Shown here piece by piece: positions 49,352 to 60,666 of a DNA stretch of 64,000 nt. The notes under the pieces are model-generated. The model was not told where the DNA came from and searched no databases. It worked only from the letters and a program-made list of their open reading frames with translations. Source of the stretch: Octopus bimaculoides (lineage: Eukaryota). Numbering within the stretch: the first letter of the stretch is position 1; each line of letters opens with the position of its first letter. The stretch covers positions 50,649,294 through 50,713,293 of the forward strand of contig NC_068991.1 in assembly GCF_001194135.2 (NCBI RefSeq), read 5' to 3'. A program made the position numbers and the translations under genes.

Positions 49352-50453
49352 GTAAGCGTCTGATGTAGATGTTCTTTTGTTTTACTTTTAAAAGCCTCAG
49401 AGATTATTGCACATAGTGTTTGTCTGTTAAAGACATCTTCTCATGAAATAGTCACAGATGGTGGTGGGGTTCAAGTTAAGTTCCCTCCACTTGTTTCATA
49501 AATAATTGACTATTTCATAAGATATAGGGGAGGATGCAGAGACGACTGATTGGATATGATATCAGAACAGTATATATATATATATATATATATATAGGCG
49601 TAGGAATGGCTGTGTGGTAAGTAGCTTGCTTACGAACCACATGGTTCTGGGTTCAGTCCCACTTCCTTCTAGCTTGCCAGTCCTCAGTCAAATCGTCCAA
49701 CCCATGCTAGCATGGAAAGTGGACATTAAACGATGATGATGATAACATGTTAAAATGACCGATTCACTTATCCGTTGTTCAGGATAACTCCATTTCCTTT
49801 CTTTTTATCTGTCATATTGTGGAACTCAGCTGGGAGATTTTCAGTTAGGAACTTTTTGAAAAACTACAGAAGTTTCTAATTAGGGAATATTATTTACACA
49901 AGTTTTAGAAATTGGAAATTAAAATGTTTGGAAAGTTTGTTTAATAATTTAGATTTCTACATGTGAAATGTTCCAACACTGTATTTGCAGAACCTGTCCA
50001 TTATGAAGACATAAGAGACCAGCTTAGTACAGCATCCAGCAAGCATAGCATTTCTAAGATCTCTGCATTCAATAGAAATAAAATTTGTCTGACTTTTGGC
50101 AATCTAATATAGTCAACTGAAAAAAAAAAGAAAATATATCTAGACTTAATGGGAGAATTAAATCAACTAAAGATTTAGATTGTTGATAGATGACATTAAG
50201 AACATGAATAGTTTAAGAATGAAATGAAGTTAAAAACCTGATTATAGTAGAAGAATTGGTAATTATAACAGAGAATATGACAGTCTCATACATCATATAG
50301 CATCATGTTTACTGCAATTGGACCATTCTTATAGGGAATCACTTGGAATAGCTGATGACTTCAAGTAAAGTGTTTTTTGGAATTTTGGAAAAAAAAATTA
50401 ATTCACTTTTATTATTATTATTATGCTTTTGTTTTTTTCTTTTATCTAAATAG

Positions 50454-50645
50454 CTGGATTTATCCCAAAATGCATTGCAAGCTAAAGAGAAAGCCAATAA
50501 ACTTTCAGAGCAATATGAGAAGCGGATACACGACTTATCTAATGAATTAGTGGTCTTACAGAATCGTCTGAAAGCTGCTGAAGAGAAGGCCAATCAGCCA
50601 TCTCCATTACTTCTTGAATTACAAAAAGAATTAACCAGCTTGAAG
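50454..50645 (+). CDS. GCC1: GCC1 exon 6
   Basis: aaatag|CTG; ...EKANQPSPLLLELQKELTSLK; AAG|GTATGT; 192 nt, phase 0/0. Confidence 0.92.
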
Positions 50646-50692
50646 GTATGTTATTACCTTAGACAATATGTTATTTCTATATATATATATAT

Positions 50693-50906
50693 ATCATCAT
50701 CATCGTTTAACGTCTGCCTTCCATGCTAGCATGGGTTGGACGATTTGACTGAGGACTGGTGAAATCGGATGGCAACACCAGGCTCCAATCTAATTTGGCA
50801 GAGTTTCTACAGCTGGATGCCCTTCCTAACGCCAACCACTCAGAGAGTGTAGTGGGTGCTTTTACGTGTCACCCGCACGAAAACGGCCACGCTCGAAATG
50901 GTGTCT
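50693..50906 (-). mobile_element. RTE-type 3' region, truncated by a gap
   Basis: CATCATCATCGTTTAACGTCTGCCTTCCATGCTAGC... Confidence 0.85.
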
Positions 50907-51942
50907 TNNNNNNNNNNNNNNNNNNNNNNNNNNNNNNNNNNNNNNNNNNNNNNNNNNNNNNNNNNNNNNNNNNNNNNNNNNNNNNNNNNNNNNNNNNNNN
51001 NNNNNNNNNNNNNNNNNNNNNNNNNNNNNNNNNNNNNNNNNNNNNNNNNNNNNNNNNNNNNNNNNNNNNNNNNNNNNNNNNNNNNNNNNNNNNNNNNNNN
51101 NNNNNNNNNNNNNNNNNNNNNNNNNNNNNNNNNNNNNNNNNNNNNNNNNNNNNNNNNNNNNNNNNNNNNNNNNNNNNNNNNNNNNNNNNNNNNNNNNNNN
51201 NNNNNNNNNNNNNNNNNNNNNNNNNNNNNNNNNNNNNNNNNNNNNNNNNNNNNNNNNNNNNNNNNNNNNNNNNNNNNNNNNNNNNNNNNNNNNNNNNNNN
51301 NNNNNNNNNNNNNNNNNNNNNNNNNNNNNNNNNNNNNNNNNNNNNNNNNNNNNNNNNNNNNNNNNNNNNNNNNNNNNNNNNNNNNNNNNNNNNNNNNNNN
51401 NNNNNNNNNNNNNNNNNNNNNNNNNNNNNNNNNNNNNNNNNNNNNNNNNNNNNNNNNNNNNNNNNNNNNNNNNNNNNNNNNNNNNNNNNNNNNNNNNNNN
51501 NNNNNNNNNNNNNNNNNNNNNNNNNNNNNNNNNNNNNNNNNNNNNNNNNNNNNNNNNNNNNNNNNNNNNNNNNNNNNNNNNNNNNNNNNNNNNNNNNNNN
51601 NNNNNNNNNNNNNNNNNNNNNNNNNNNNNNNNNNNNNNNNNNNNNNNNNNNNNNNNNNNNNNNNNNNNNNNNNNNNNNNNNNNNNNNNNNNNNNNNNNNN
51701 NNNNNNNNNNNNNNNNNNNNNNNNNNNNNNNNNNNNNNNNNNNNNNNNNNNNNNNNNNNNNNNNNNNNNNNNNNNNNNNNNNNNNNNNNNNNNNNNNNNN
51801 NNNNNNNNNNNNNNNNNNNNNNNNNNNNNNNNNNNNNNNNACCCTTATCAGACGGGTATTCATGATGGGTATATTGGGCTTTGTATATTTTACCCCAGTG
51901 TCACTTTGATGGCATGCACTGCTCTCTCACTCAATAGTGATG

Positions 51943-51943
<1 letters not shown>

Positions 51944-51989
<46 letters not shown>
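51944..51989 (+). repeat. (AAT)n microsatellite, probably the tail of an upstream repeat
   Basis: Directly visible. Confidence 0.95.
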
Positions 51990-54199
51990 TGCCAGTCACA
52001 ATAAAAACACTGATAATTGTGCAACCTGATATTTGCTACCTCATAATGAGTGACAATGAAAAGACAAAATATTGGGAATAACAGTGCTAACGAAAATGAA
52101 GCCCTTCATGGTGACAGTGTTGCACCCGGCAGGCTCTGAGATACTGGTCAGGCTCCAGCCTGTCGTTATCCAGCAATGGACCAGCACACACAGTGTAGGT
52201 GGAACAAACAAGTCAATGCTGTGGTCATGGAGTGTTACTACCTGAACAACCCTGTAGATGAAAAAGGTGTTCATATTAGGGGATACCGATAACGTATTGA
52301 TGTGACGACCGAAAATACAGTTGGCATTATATCCCTATCTCCCAGGCTGGGTTTTGAACCCGTACTCTGGTCAGTTGGGGAGAATGGTATTTCCTTTGTC
52401 TCGTCGGCAACCACAGCTATTTTTAGCGTAGCTGCCCCTTTTCGGTCAGCGAAAGTTCAAAAACGGCAGGATAAGAATGTACCGACTGACCCATCTTGGC
52501 AGGGGGTAAAGTAGCACAATGAGCTATGGTATTTGGGATGAATAGGAGAACGAGAATTGGCGGCAAAAGCAGTTAGCAGAGAATTTGGCCAGTGGAGTTC
52601 TGGTAGCCAGCGGGGCAGTCNNNNNNNNNNNNNNNNNNNNNNNNNNNNNNNNNNNNNNNNNNNNNNNNNNNNNNNNNNNNNNNNNNNNNNNNNNNNNNNN
52701 NNNNNNNNNNNNNNNNNNNNNNNNNNNNNNNNNNNNNNNNNNNNNNNNNNNNNNNNNNNNNNNNNNNNNNNNNNNNNNNNNNNNNNNNNNNNNNNNNNNN
52801 NNNNNNNNNNNNNNNNNNNNNNNNNNNNNNNNNNNNNNNNNNNNNNNNNNNNNNNNNNNNNNNNNNNNNNNNNNNNNNNNNNNNNNNNNNNNNNNNNNNN
52901 NNNNNNNNNNNNNNNNNNNNNNNNNNNNNNNNNNNNNNNNNNNNNNNNNNNNNNNNNNNNNNNNNNNNNNNNNNNNNNNNNNNNNNNNNNNNNNNNNNNN
53001 NNNNNNNNNNNNNNNNNNNNNNNNNNNNNNNNNNNNNNNNNNNNNNNNNNNNNNNNNNNNNNNNNNNNNNNNNNNNNNNNNNNNNNNNNNNNNNNNNNNN
53101 NNNNNNNNNNNNNNNNNNNNNNNNNNNNNNNNNNNNNNNNNNNNNNNNNNNNNNNNNNNNNCTAAAAGAAAGGAAAAGAAAAGAAATACAAAAGAAAGAA
53201 GCAGAAGAACTTTGTTGTCAAATGAAACTTGAGACACGAACTTTGCGATGTAAAAATGATTGAAAAGCTTATAATTGTTTGGAAACTTTGTCAACGTTAT
53301 TGAACTGTCATGCCATGTATTGGAATTGTTATTATGTAATGCTCTATTCTAATGTTTTAAATGTATTCTGTGATGTTATGTATGTAAAAAGAAAAGGTTA
53401 CCCAACGCATGGTCTTCGTGTTGTTTCTTCCTCCCAGTCCTATTTGCCTGTGTTGTTCTTCGTTACGTGCTCCAGCCGGGGCTTTATTATCGGTCAGGAT
53501 TGTACCGACAGATGAATTTTGCTAGCTCACTGAGCGTGTTGAACGTTCGCGCGTGCGCTAGTTCCCCTTCGGTGTTTAAGGAGGTGCTTCGCGTGCGGGC
53601 GTTCGTAACAGTATGTATGATCAATGGAGAGAAAGGATTGTTTCAAATCACAGAGGAGAGATTATGTGATCAAGCTAGAGCGATAAGAAAAAATCATTGG
53701 TTCACAGAAGTAGAGCTTGAAACTATCAAAGAAATGGGTGCTGGAGAATAGCAGCAGAGGAAATGATGAAAATACAGTTTTTACTGATAAAAGTAATCTC
53801 ATAACAGAAAACAGAGTTGAGATCTCTAATTAACCACAGGAAAGGAACAGTGATAGCTTGCTCAATGAGAGACATATAGATGGTTTGGAAGAAGACAATA
53901 AAACTAATGGTGACATGACAGATGGGCAAAAGGCAATTTAGAAAAAACAAAGCCAAGACTACAGGAGAACGATAGTGACATTATTTGCAACCTTAAAAAG
54001 GCTGATCGGTGGAAATTGAATCAAGAAACGAAAAATGTGAATGAAATTCTGAAATACATCAGAACAAAAAAGATCACAGAATCAAATAATTTGATCAAGG
54101 CAGCAAGTATTTTTGTAGCAGAAAACGTGTGTGATGATGTCAAGAAAAAGAAATATAATGGGGGTGACAAAAGAAAAGATCCATGGTAGAAAAGAAGAT
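51990..54199 (+). mobile_element. 5' part of an R4/Dong-clade non-LTR retrotransposon (degenerate), split by an insertion
   Basis: RWNKQVNAVVMECYYLNNP...GYR*R joins [37 protein letters not shown], then KLNQETKNVNEILKYIRTKKITESNNLIKAAS...PW*KRR. Confidence 0.8.
52298..53610. mobile_element. Probable solo LTR (TG...CA, 4-bp TSD GTAT) inserted in the Dong-like ORF
   Basis: Starts TGATGTGACGA, ends TCGTAACA; gtat at 52294-52297 and 53611-53614; N gap inside. Confidence 0.65.
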
Positions 54200-54669
54200 A
54201 TATTTCTATATATTTATTGATGTATGTATTTATATTATCTTAGTTGAAAAACTTTGATAAGGTAAATATGTTAATAGTTACCAGGGNNNNNNNNNNNNNN
54301 NNNNNNNNNNNNNNNNNNNNNNNNNNNNNNNNNNNNNNNNNNNNNNNNNNNNNNNNNNNNNNNNNNNNNNNNNNNNNNNNNNNNNNNNNNNNNNNNNNNN
54401 NNNNNNNNNNNNNNNNNNNNNNNNNNNNNNNNNNNNNNNNNNNNNNNNNNNNNNNNNNNNNNNNNNNNNNNNNNNNNNNNNNNNNNNNNNNNNNNNNNNN
54501 NNNNNNNNNNNNNNNNNNNNNNNNNNNNNNNNNNNNNNNNNNNNNNNNNNNNNNNNNNNNNNNNNNNNNNNNNNNNNNNNNNNNNNNNNNNNNNNNNNNN
54601 NNNNNNNNNNNNNNNNNNNNNNNNNNNNNNNNNNNNNNGTGCATAAATACACACACATTCATATTTATA

Positions 54670-54996
54670 TTTTTTTATTTATTTCAGTCATTTGACTGCA
54701 TCTATGCTAGAGCATTGCCTTGAAGGATTTTAGTTGAACAAATCAACTCCTTTTTGTTGAACTGCTAAGTTATGGGACATAAACACAGCAACACCGGTTG
54801 TCAAGTGGTGATGGGGGGAGGACGACAAACATAAAGACATACACACACACACATACGTGATGGGCTTCTTTCAGTTTCCATCTACCAAATCCACTCACAA
54901 GGCTTTGGTTGGCCCGACGCTATATTAGAAGATACTTACCCAAGGTGCCATGCAACCATGTGGTTGGGAAGCAAGCTTCTTACCACATAGCCATGT
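54670..54996 (-). mobile_element. Family B SINE
   Basis: TTTCAGTCATTTGACTGC ... CTTACCACATAGCCA. Confidence 0.8.
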
Positions 54997-55004
54997 CTGG
55001 CTTC

Positions 55005-55415
55005 CGTTCCGGTGGCATGTAAATAGCACCAGTGTGATCGTTATCAATGTCGTCTTCCTGGCACTTGTGCCAGTGGCATGTGAAAAGTCATTTGAGCGAG
55101 ATCGTTGCTAGTGCCGATGGACTGGCTCCTGTGCAGGTGACACGTAATACACCATTTCGAGCGTGGCCTTTGCCAGTAAGACATCCGAGCGAGATCGTTG
55201 CCAGTGCCCCTGGACTGGCCCTTGTGCAGGTGGCACGCAAAAGCACCCACTACACTCTCGGAGTGGTTGGCATTAGGAAGGGCATCCAGATGTAGAAACT
55301 CTGCCAAATCAGATTGGAGCCTGGTGTAGCCATCTGGTTTCACCAGTCCTCAGTCAAATCGTCCAACCCATGCTAGCATGGAAAGCGGACGTTAAACGAC
55401 GATGATGATGATGGT
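55005..55415 (+). mobile_element. RTE-type 3' region with internal tandem subrepeats
   Basis: GAGCGAGATCGTTGC.AGTGCC twice; (GAT)n tail. Confidence 0.85.
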
Positions 55416-55910
55416 GATATATANNNNNNNNNNNNNNNNNNNNNNNNNNNNNNNNNNNNNNNNNNNNNNNNNNNNNNNNNNNNNNNNNNNNNNNNNNNNN
55501 NNNNNNNNNNNNNNNNNNNNNNNNNNNNNNNNNNNNNNNNNNNNNNNNNNNNNNNNNNNNNNNNNNNNNNNNNNNNNNNNNNNNNNNNNNNNNNNNNNNN
55601 NNNNNNNNNNNNNNNNNNNNNNNNNNNNNNNNNNNNNNNNNNNNNNNNNNNNNNNNNNNNNNNNNNNNNNNNNNNNNNNNNNNNNNNNNNNNNNNNNNNN
55701 NNNNNNNNNNNNNNNNNNNNNNNNNNNNNNNNNNNNNNNNNNNNNNNNNNNNNNNNNNNNNNNNNNNNNNNNNNNNNNNNNNNNNNNNNNNNNNNNNNNN
55801 NNNNNNNNNNNNNNNNNNNNNNNNNNNNNNNNNNNNNNNNNNNTTTACTCCTTTGGCTGATTAAGCGATGTAAAGCGTATTTAATCTCCATTCCTTCGTT
55901 TTATTTGCTT

Positions 55911-55960
55911 TAACCCTAACCCTAACCCTAACCGTAGGGTTAGGGTTAGGGTTAGGGTTA
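55911..55960. repeat. Divergent interstitial telomere-like block (CCCTAA)n-(TTAGGG)n
   Basis: taaccctaaccctaaccctaacc-gtagggttagggttagggttagggtta. Confidence 0.95.
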
Positions 55961-56523
55961 ATTGTTTCAGAATCGTTTGTTTATGTAGTCGGCACTTAAT
56001 GTATATCGGCTGAATGGACGTCAGTGATTGGTTGAAATTACAGAAATACGATAACTTTAACATGGAATAACTTATGGATTTCTTTTTTTTTTTAAGAAGA
56101 CTAAGAGAAAAAGATGTTTTATATGACACATTCTACCAGTGTTCCAAGTTTCAAAGTGTTTCGTTAATGAAAAATGTGGCCCCCGTTTTAAAAAAGATCC
56201 CTTTTCTCTCCTTCCTCCAGTTTTCATTCTCCATCTGCTACTGCTGCTACTTTCACTTTCTTTCATCATAACCTAAAAATATGGAGTTGTCAAAGATTTA
56301 GTATGTGTGTGGGGTTGGAAAGTTTTTGTGTATTTTTCATGTTTTTTGTTGGAGTCTAATACTGAAAATATTATGTGTGTTAAATTGCAACAAAGATCCT
56401 CTATATAGCTCCAGCTTGGCAGTCACCAAAATAGAATAGAAATGTATAGACTGTTTGTGGGCTGAAGGTAAATGGTCCTTGACCAATCTGACTGTAAAAA
56501 GGTTATCATATTTCCATATCATT

Positions 56524-56735
56524 AAGGTGGCTAGCTGGCAGAATTGTTAGTGTGCTGGGCAAAATGCTTACCAGCATTCCATCAATCTTTACGTTCTGGG
56601 TTCAAATTCCATTGAGGTTGACTTTGCCTTTCATCCTGTCAGGATTGTATAATAAATATCAACTGAATCCTGGGGGTCGATCTAATCAACTTACCTCTCC
56701 CCCAAAGTTGCTGGCCTTGTGCCAAAACTTGAAAC
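56524..56735 (+). mobile_element. Family A SINE
   Basis: GGTGGCTAGCTGGCAGAA head; TTGACTTTGCCTTTCATCC core. Confidence 0.8.
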
Positions 56736-56840
56736 CAATATTCCCAAATCATCATCATCATCATGGCTTTATGTCATAAAACTTAATTTTATTTTTCAAA
56801 CTCGATATATATATACTTATTATTTTCTTTGTTTTTTTAG

Positions 56841-57225
56841 TCTCAGTATCATAGTCAAGTGTATCAGGAAGAACAACGAGCCAATGATGCCGAAGATAGC
56901 TTGAATAATATGGCAGAACAAAGTGAAGAACGGGTTTCTGGTTTGGAAGCTAAACTCTCTGATTTGTCTGAGGTGGTGGGCAACTATGAACGATTACGTT
57001 TACAAGACCAGCAAGCCATTCAGCGCCTTAAAGAAAGGGTTGCTCAGCTTGATACTGAGAATATGGCCCTAGCCCAGGCTGCTCACATCCCAGATATGAA
57101 GAAAGATTTAGAAGAAGACACTGATGTCAATGATGTTCAGGTACTTGTTGATAAAATCAAGAAATATAAGTTGTTGTTAAATACAGCGCTAAATCAGAAA
57201 AGTGAGAAATCATTTGAACTTGATG
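56841..57225 (+). CDS. GCC1: GCC1 exon 7
   Basis: ttttag|TCT; EERVSGLEAKLSDLSEVVGNYERLRLQDQQAIQRLKERVAQLDTEN; GATG|GTAAGT; 385 nt, phase 0/1. Confidence 0.95.
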
Positions 57226-57334
57226 GTAAGTTGATTTAAAACAACCTGGATAATTTTAAAGACTAACGTTTTTAATCCTGTTATTTTTAGGGAGAGTTAT
57301 TATGCCAATAAAAATTAAGATAAACACACGTATA

Positions 57335-57697
57335 TACATTATTTACATTATTTATATTTGATGGATATTTGTCCTCATCTTGTTTGTTGTTAACACAACG
57401 TTTCGGCTGATATATGCCCATGGGCATATGGCGTAGTGGTTAAGAGTGCGGGCTACTAACCCCAAGATTCCGAGTTCAATTCTATGCAGTGACCTTAATA
57501 ATAATAATAATAACAACATCAAAAAAATACCTTAGGACTGAGAACTCAGGTTCAAAATTTCCTCAAGACACCTGATGAAGGCTGGAGGGTATATCAGCCG
57601 AAACGTGTTAACAAAAAACAAGATTAGGACAAATATCTGTCAACTTTAAATAATGTAAATAATGTACATAATTCCTCATCTCTTAAATATAGAACTG
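57335..57697 (+). mobile_element. tRNA-headed, hammerhead-bearing Penelope-type non-autonomous retroelement
   Basis: Inverted 3' copy 57335-57414; A box 57429-57439; B box 57472-57482; hammerhead 57567-57609; TSD aaacaca(c/t)gtata at 57322-57334 and 57698-57710. Confidence 0.8.
57567..57609 (+). ncRNA. Minimal type I hammerhead ribozyme motif (cleavage triplet deleted in this copy)
   Basis: GACAC-CTGATGA-A-GGCTG-gagggtatat-CAGCC-GAAAC-[GTT]-GTGTT. The GTT is retained in the inverted copy at 57335-57414. Confidence 0.75.
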
Positions 57698-58021
57698 AAA
57701 CACATGTATAGTGTGTATTTATTTTACTGACTCAAAGGATCTTTGTCTAAGAACAAATGATGGCAAATCGATGCTTTAACCATTCTGGCATTACACTTTC
57801 CACTTGTGTTGTAAAAGAGAAAAAATGTTATGGTTTCTTTTTTTTCGTTTTTTTATTCATTAAGATTTTATTATTGACTAAAAGAAATTTATTCAAGATT
57901 CATCTTGAAAATGAAATTCTCAAAGTTTTTAGAACAAAACTGATTTGTAACATTTTAAAATGGGCAGTTTTCTAGTAATTCTTTTTTTGCTGAATAAATG
58001 ACTGCTCTTCTTTTATTACAG

Positions 58022-58155
58022 ATATTGTCTACAATGATCTCGCTGCTGACTGTTCTCTTTGTAAGAAATATGAAAAGGAACTTGGTGAGCTGAAAGAAGA
58101 GTATGAACGATACAAAATTAGGGCACAAGCTATACTGAAGAGTAGAAGCTTAAAG
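58022..58155 (+). CDS. GCC1: GCC1 exon 8
   Basis: ttacag|AT; YEKELGELKEEYERYKIRAQAILKS; AAG|GTAATG; 134 nt, phase 1/0. Confidence 0.95.
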
Positions 58156-59145
58156 GTAATGAGGCTTCTGATAATTAAAGTTTGGTTAAAAATATATTCA
58201 ATTAATAGACGTGATTTGCACAAAGTGTTGTCTTTAATCTAGAATTAAAGTTTTGCAAGTATTTTATGAATAAGAAGCTAACTCTAAAAAATGATAATGA
58301 TGATCAAGTTTTTGAATTATATTTACCATCATTATCATCACTGTTATAATGTCCCATTTCCCATGCTTACCTGAGTCAGCTGGAATTTGTTGAGGTATAT
58401 TTTCGCTTCCTGTCATTAACCTTCACCTTTTTCCAAGCAAGATACTATTTCCCCATGGCCGGACATGTGTTTGTGTTATGTGTGTGTTTGTGAGGTCCTG
58501 CATATTCTTTTAATTTTCTTTGACAGATATGTTGACAATTTTTGTCGTAATACATTGTTAGAAAAATGAAGAAAATTCTTTTATTTTGAGGCTCTGAGAG
58601 TTCAGATACCTTTCAGTTTTTTTAAGCACAAGGTCTTATGTCTAAGAGCATATTTTAACACAATAATGTATAGTTTAGTCTAAAAATAAGGAACACACAT
58701 ACAGTGGACAAACAGTATCTGAATTTTCATATTATAGAGACAGTGTACCCCTAATATACATATAGAAAGTACTGGCATGATTGTGGGATTAAAAGTTAGC
58801 TTCATGATTACTTTGTCTTATTGCTCAGTACTTTGGGTTAGTGTCTTTTTTGCAAAGAATATCTTGTGAATGCAGTTTAGTTTGCTGAAAGAAACTGTAC
58901 AGAAGCCTGTCATATGTCTGTAGTGGGATGGCAAATGATAGTAGATATGGTGGTTGAGGAATGCCACAATAATTGAAATAAAGTAAGAGGCCTCTTATTC
59001 TTTGGTCTTTAGTGTGTATCCATTGTAGATGTTTTTTTTTCTATGGTTGAATATTTTCTTAGTTAATTATTTCCTTTTAATCAGATTTTATATACATGTT
59101 TTTTTTTTCTTCTTGATAATAATTGGTAAATTATTTTTATTGCAG

Positions 59146-59976
59146 GAAAACACTTCTCAAGATGACAATTTACGGGAGCAAGTAAGTGAATTGAGAGAGA
59201 AAGTGAAAACTTTACACATTCAGCATGAGATCCAGATGAAGTCACAATTAGAGAAAGAAGATAACCTTCACAGTATAATGGTAACCCTTCAAGAGAAACA
59301 TCACTCAGAGCAGAATGTGATGGTCAGTGAACATCGACATCAACTGGCAGAGCTTGAAGAAGAGTTAAAAAAGCAACGTAATCGGACTATATCCATGTTA
59401 ATGGAGAAGGACCTTGAAATTGCACGGCTTCAGACACTTGCTAATCTTCCAACTTATAATACAGATTTGTACAGTCAGCATTCATCATCAACATCATTAC
59501 CACAGAAACAGATGGATGCTTTGAATGCAAAGGACAATGCTGGTTCCAGTAACTTACCAGAAGAGCAACAAAGTTTCTCTAAATTATTGCATAATGTTTC
59601 TTCCCCTTCAGGTGATATGCCTCTCATACATTTTGCTCAAGAAATTGCTCGCAAAGATGTTGATATTGCTTCTCTTCGAAGCAGGAAATATCAGCTGGAG
59701 ACGGCACTTCGAGAACTTCAGCATTCTTTATTGCTTAAAGAGCAGAAAGCTAAAGAAGAGCATGAACAGTTACAAGAGATGCTTCGTAAGCACGAAAGAG
59801 ATAAGTCAAGAGAAGGAGCTAATTTAGAATATTTAAAAAATGTCGTATATCAGTTTCTCATCTGTACAGACTCTTCTGGGAAACAAAAGATGCTAAATGC
59901 AATAATTACCATATTGCAATTTAGTCCTCAAGAACGAGAAAAAGTATATTCTTTCTGTAAAGTACGGTGGGGATAA
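59146..59976 (+). CDS. GCC1: GCC1 terminal exon with GRIP domain
   Basis: ttgcag|GAA; LEEELKKQRNRTISMLMEKD...SREGANLEYLKNVVYQFL...KMLNAIITILQFSPQE; stop at 59974-59976. The joined CDS is 2166 nt (721 aa). Confidence 0.97.
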   Translation, partial: ENTSQDDNLREQVSELREKVKTLHIQHEIQMKSQLEKEDNLHSIMVTLQEKHHSEQNVMVSEHRHQLAELEEELKKQRNRTISMLMEKDLEIARLQTLANLPTYNTDLYSQHSSSTSLPQKQMDALNAKDNAGSSNLPEEQQSFSKLLHNVSSPSGDMPLIHFAQEIARKDVDIASLRSRKYQLETALRELQHSLLLKEQKAKEEHEQLQEMLRKHERDKSREGANLEYLKNVVYQFLICTDSSGKQKMLNAIITILQFSPQEREKVYSFCKVRWG

Positions 59977-60451
59977 ACAAATTTTGAATTTCCAGTATAT
60001 TTTATGACCAAATTATTTTACTGATTAAATCTCTGTTAAAGTCTAAATTATTTATTTTTGTTATTTTTTTAATACATTTTGGAAATATATTTTCAGTTAA
60101 GCTATTTTGTTTTTTTTTAACTAAGGTAACAAAATGTCTATCAGCCAAAACTGTTTGAAATGAATTCATGTAAGATGTTGTGAGTTTTCTTGTTTAACAC
60201 AAATGATCTAACTTTAACTTGACTGTGTAGTAAGTGGTTAATATTAAGAAATGCTTTAAATATTGACATACTCTGACATTTTCTATTAAGTTGTTGCTTT
60301 AAAGTACTGGCCAATCAATTGTGCCAGGAAATAAAGAATAGAGAATTATTTTGAGAAATCTGTACAATCTTCACTTCTAGTTTTTCTAGTTTTCAAATGC
60401 TCACACCTTTTTCTATTTTCTCCATCACTATTATTATCAATTTCATTTTAA

Positions 60452-60666
60452 CCTTTTAGTGCTTAAACTGGCCATATCTGGCCCAAGTATTCTAGCTGTT
60501 TTGTTGTTCAAACCAGCCAGATCTGGCTTCTCACATCAACCCAACAATGTCATTTTCAAAATGAACAACCACATCATCAAAATCTCAAAGCTATGACAAT
60601 GCATGATTAATTCAAAACACTGAATAAATAAGCATTACATTTAACAGTAATGTGAATGCTAAAGGG
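60452..60666. mobile_element. piggyBac-like MITE
   Basis: TTAA|CCTTTTAG ... CTAAAGGG|TTAA. Confidence 0.75.

Noticed and set aside
55911-55960. Ancestral telomere-telomere fusion site
   Set aside because: A fusion gives (TTAGGG)n then (CCCTAA)n. This block has the opposite order, is short, and is tied to a dispersed repeat motif.
57422-57495. Functional tRNA gene
   Set aside because: A and B boxes are present, but the anticodon and acceptor stems do not fold properly; it is a SINE-like head.
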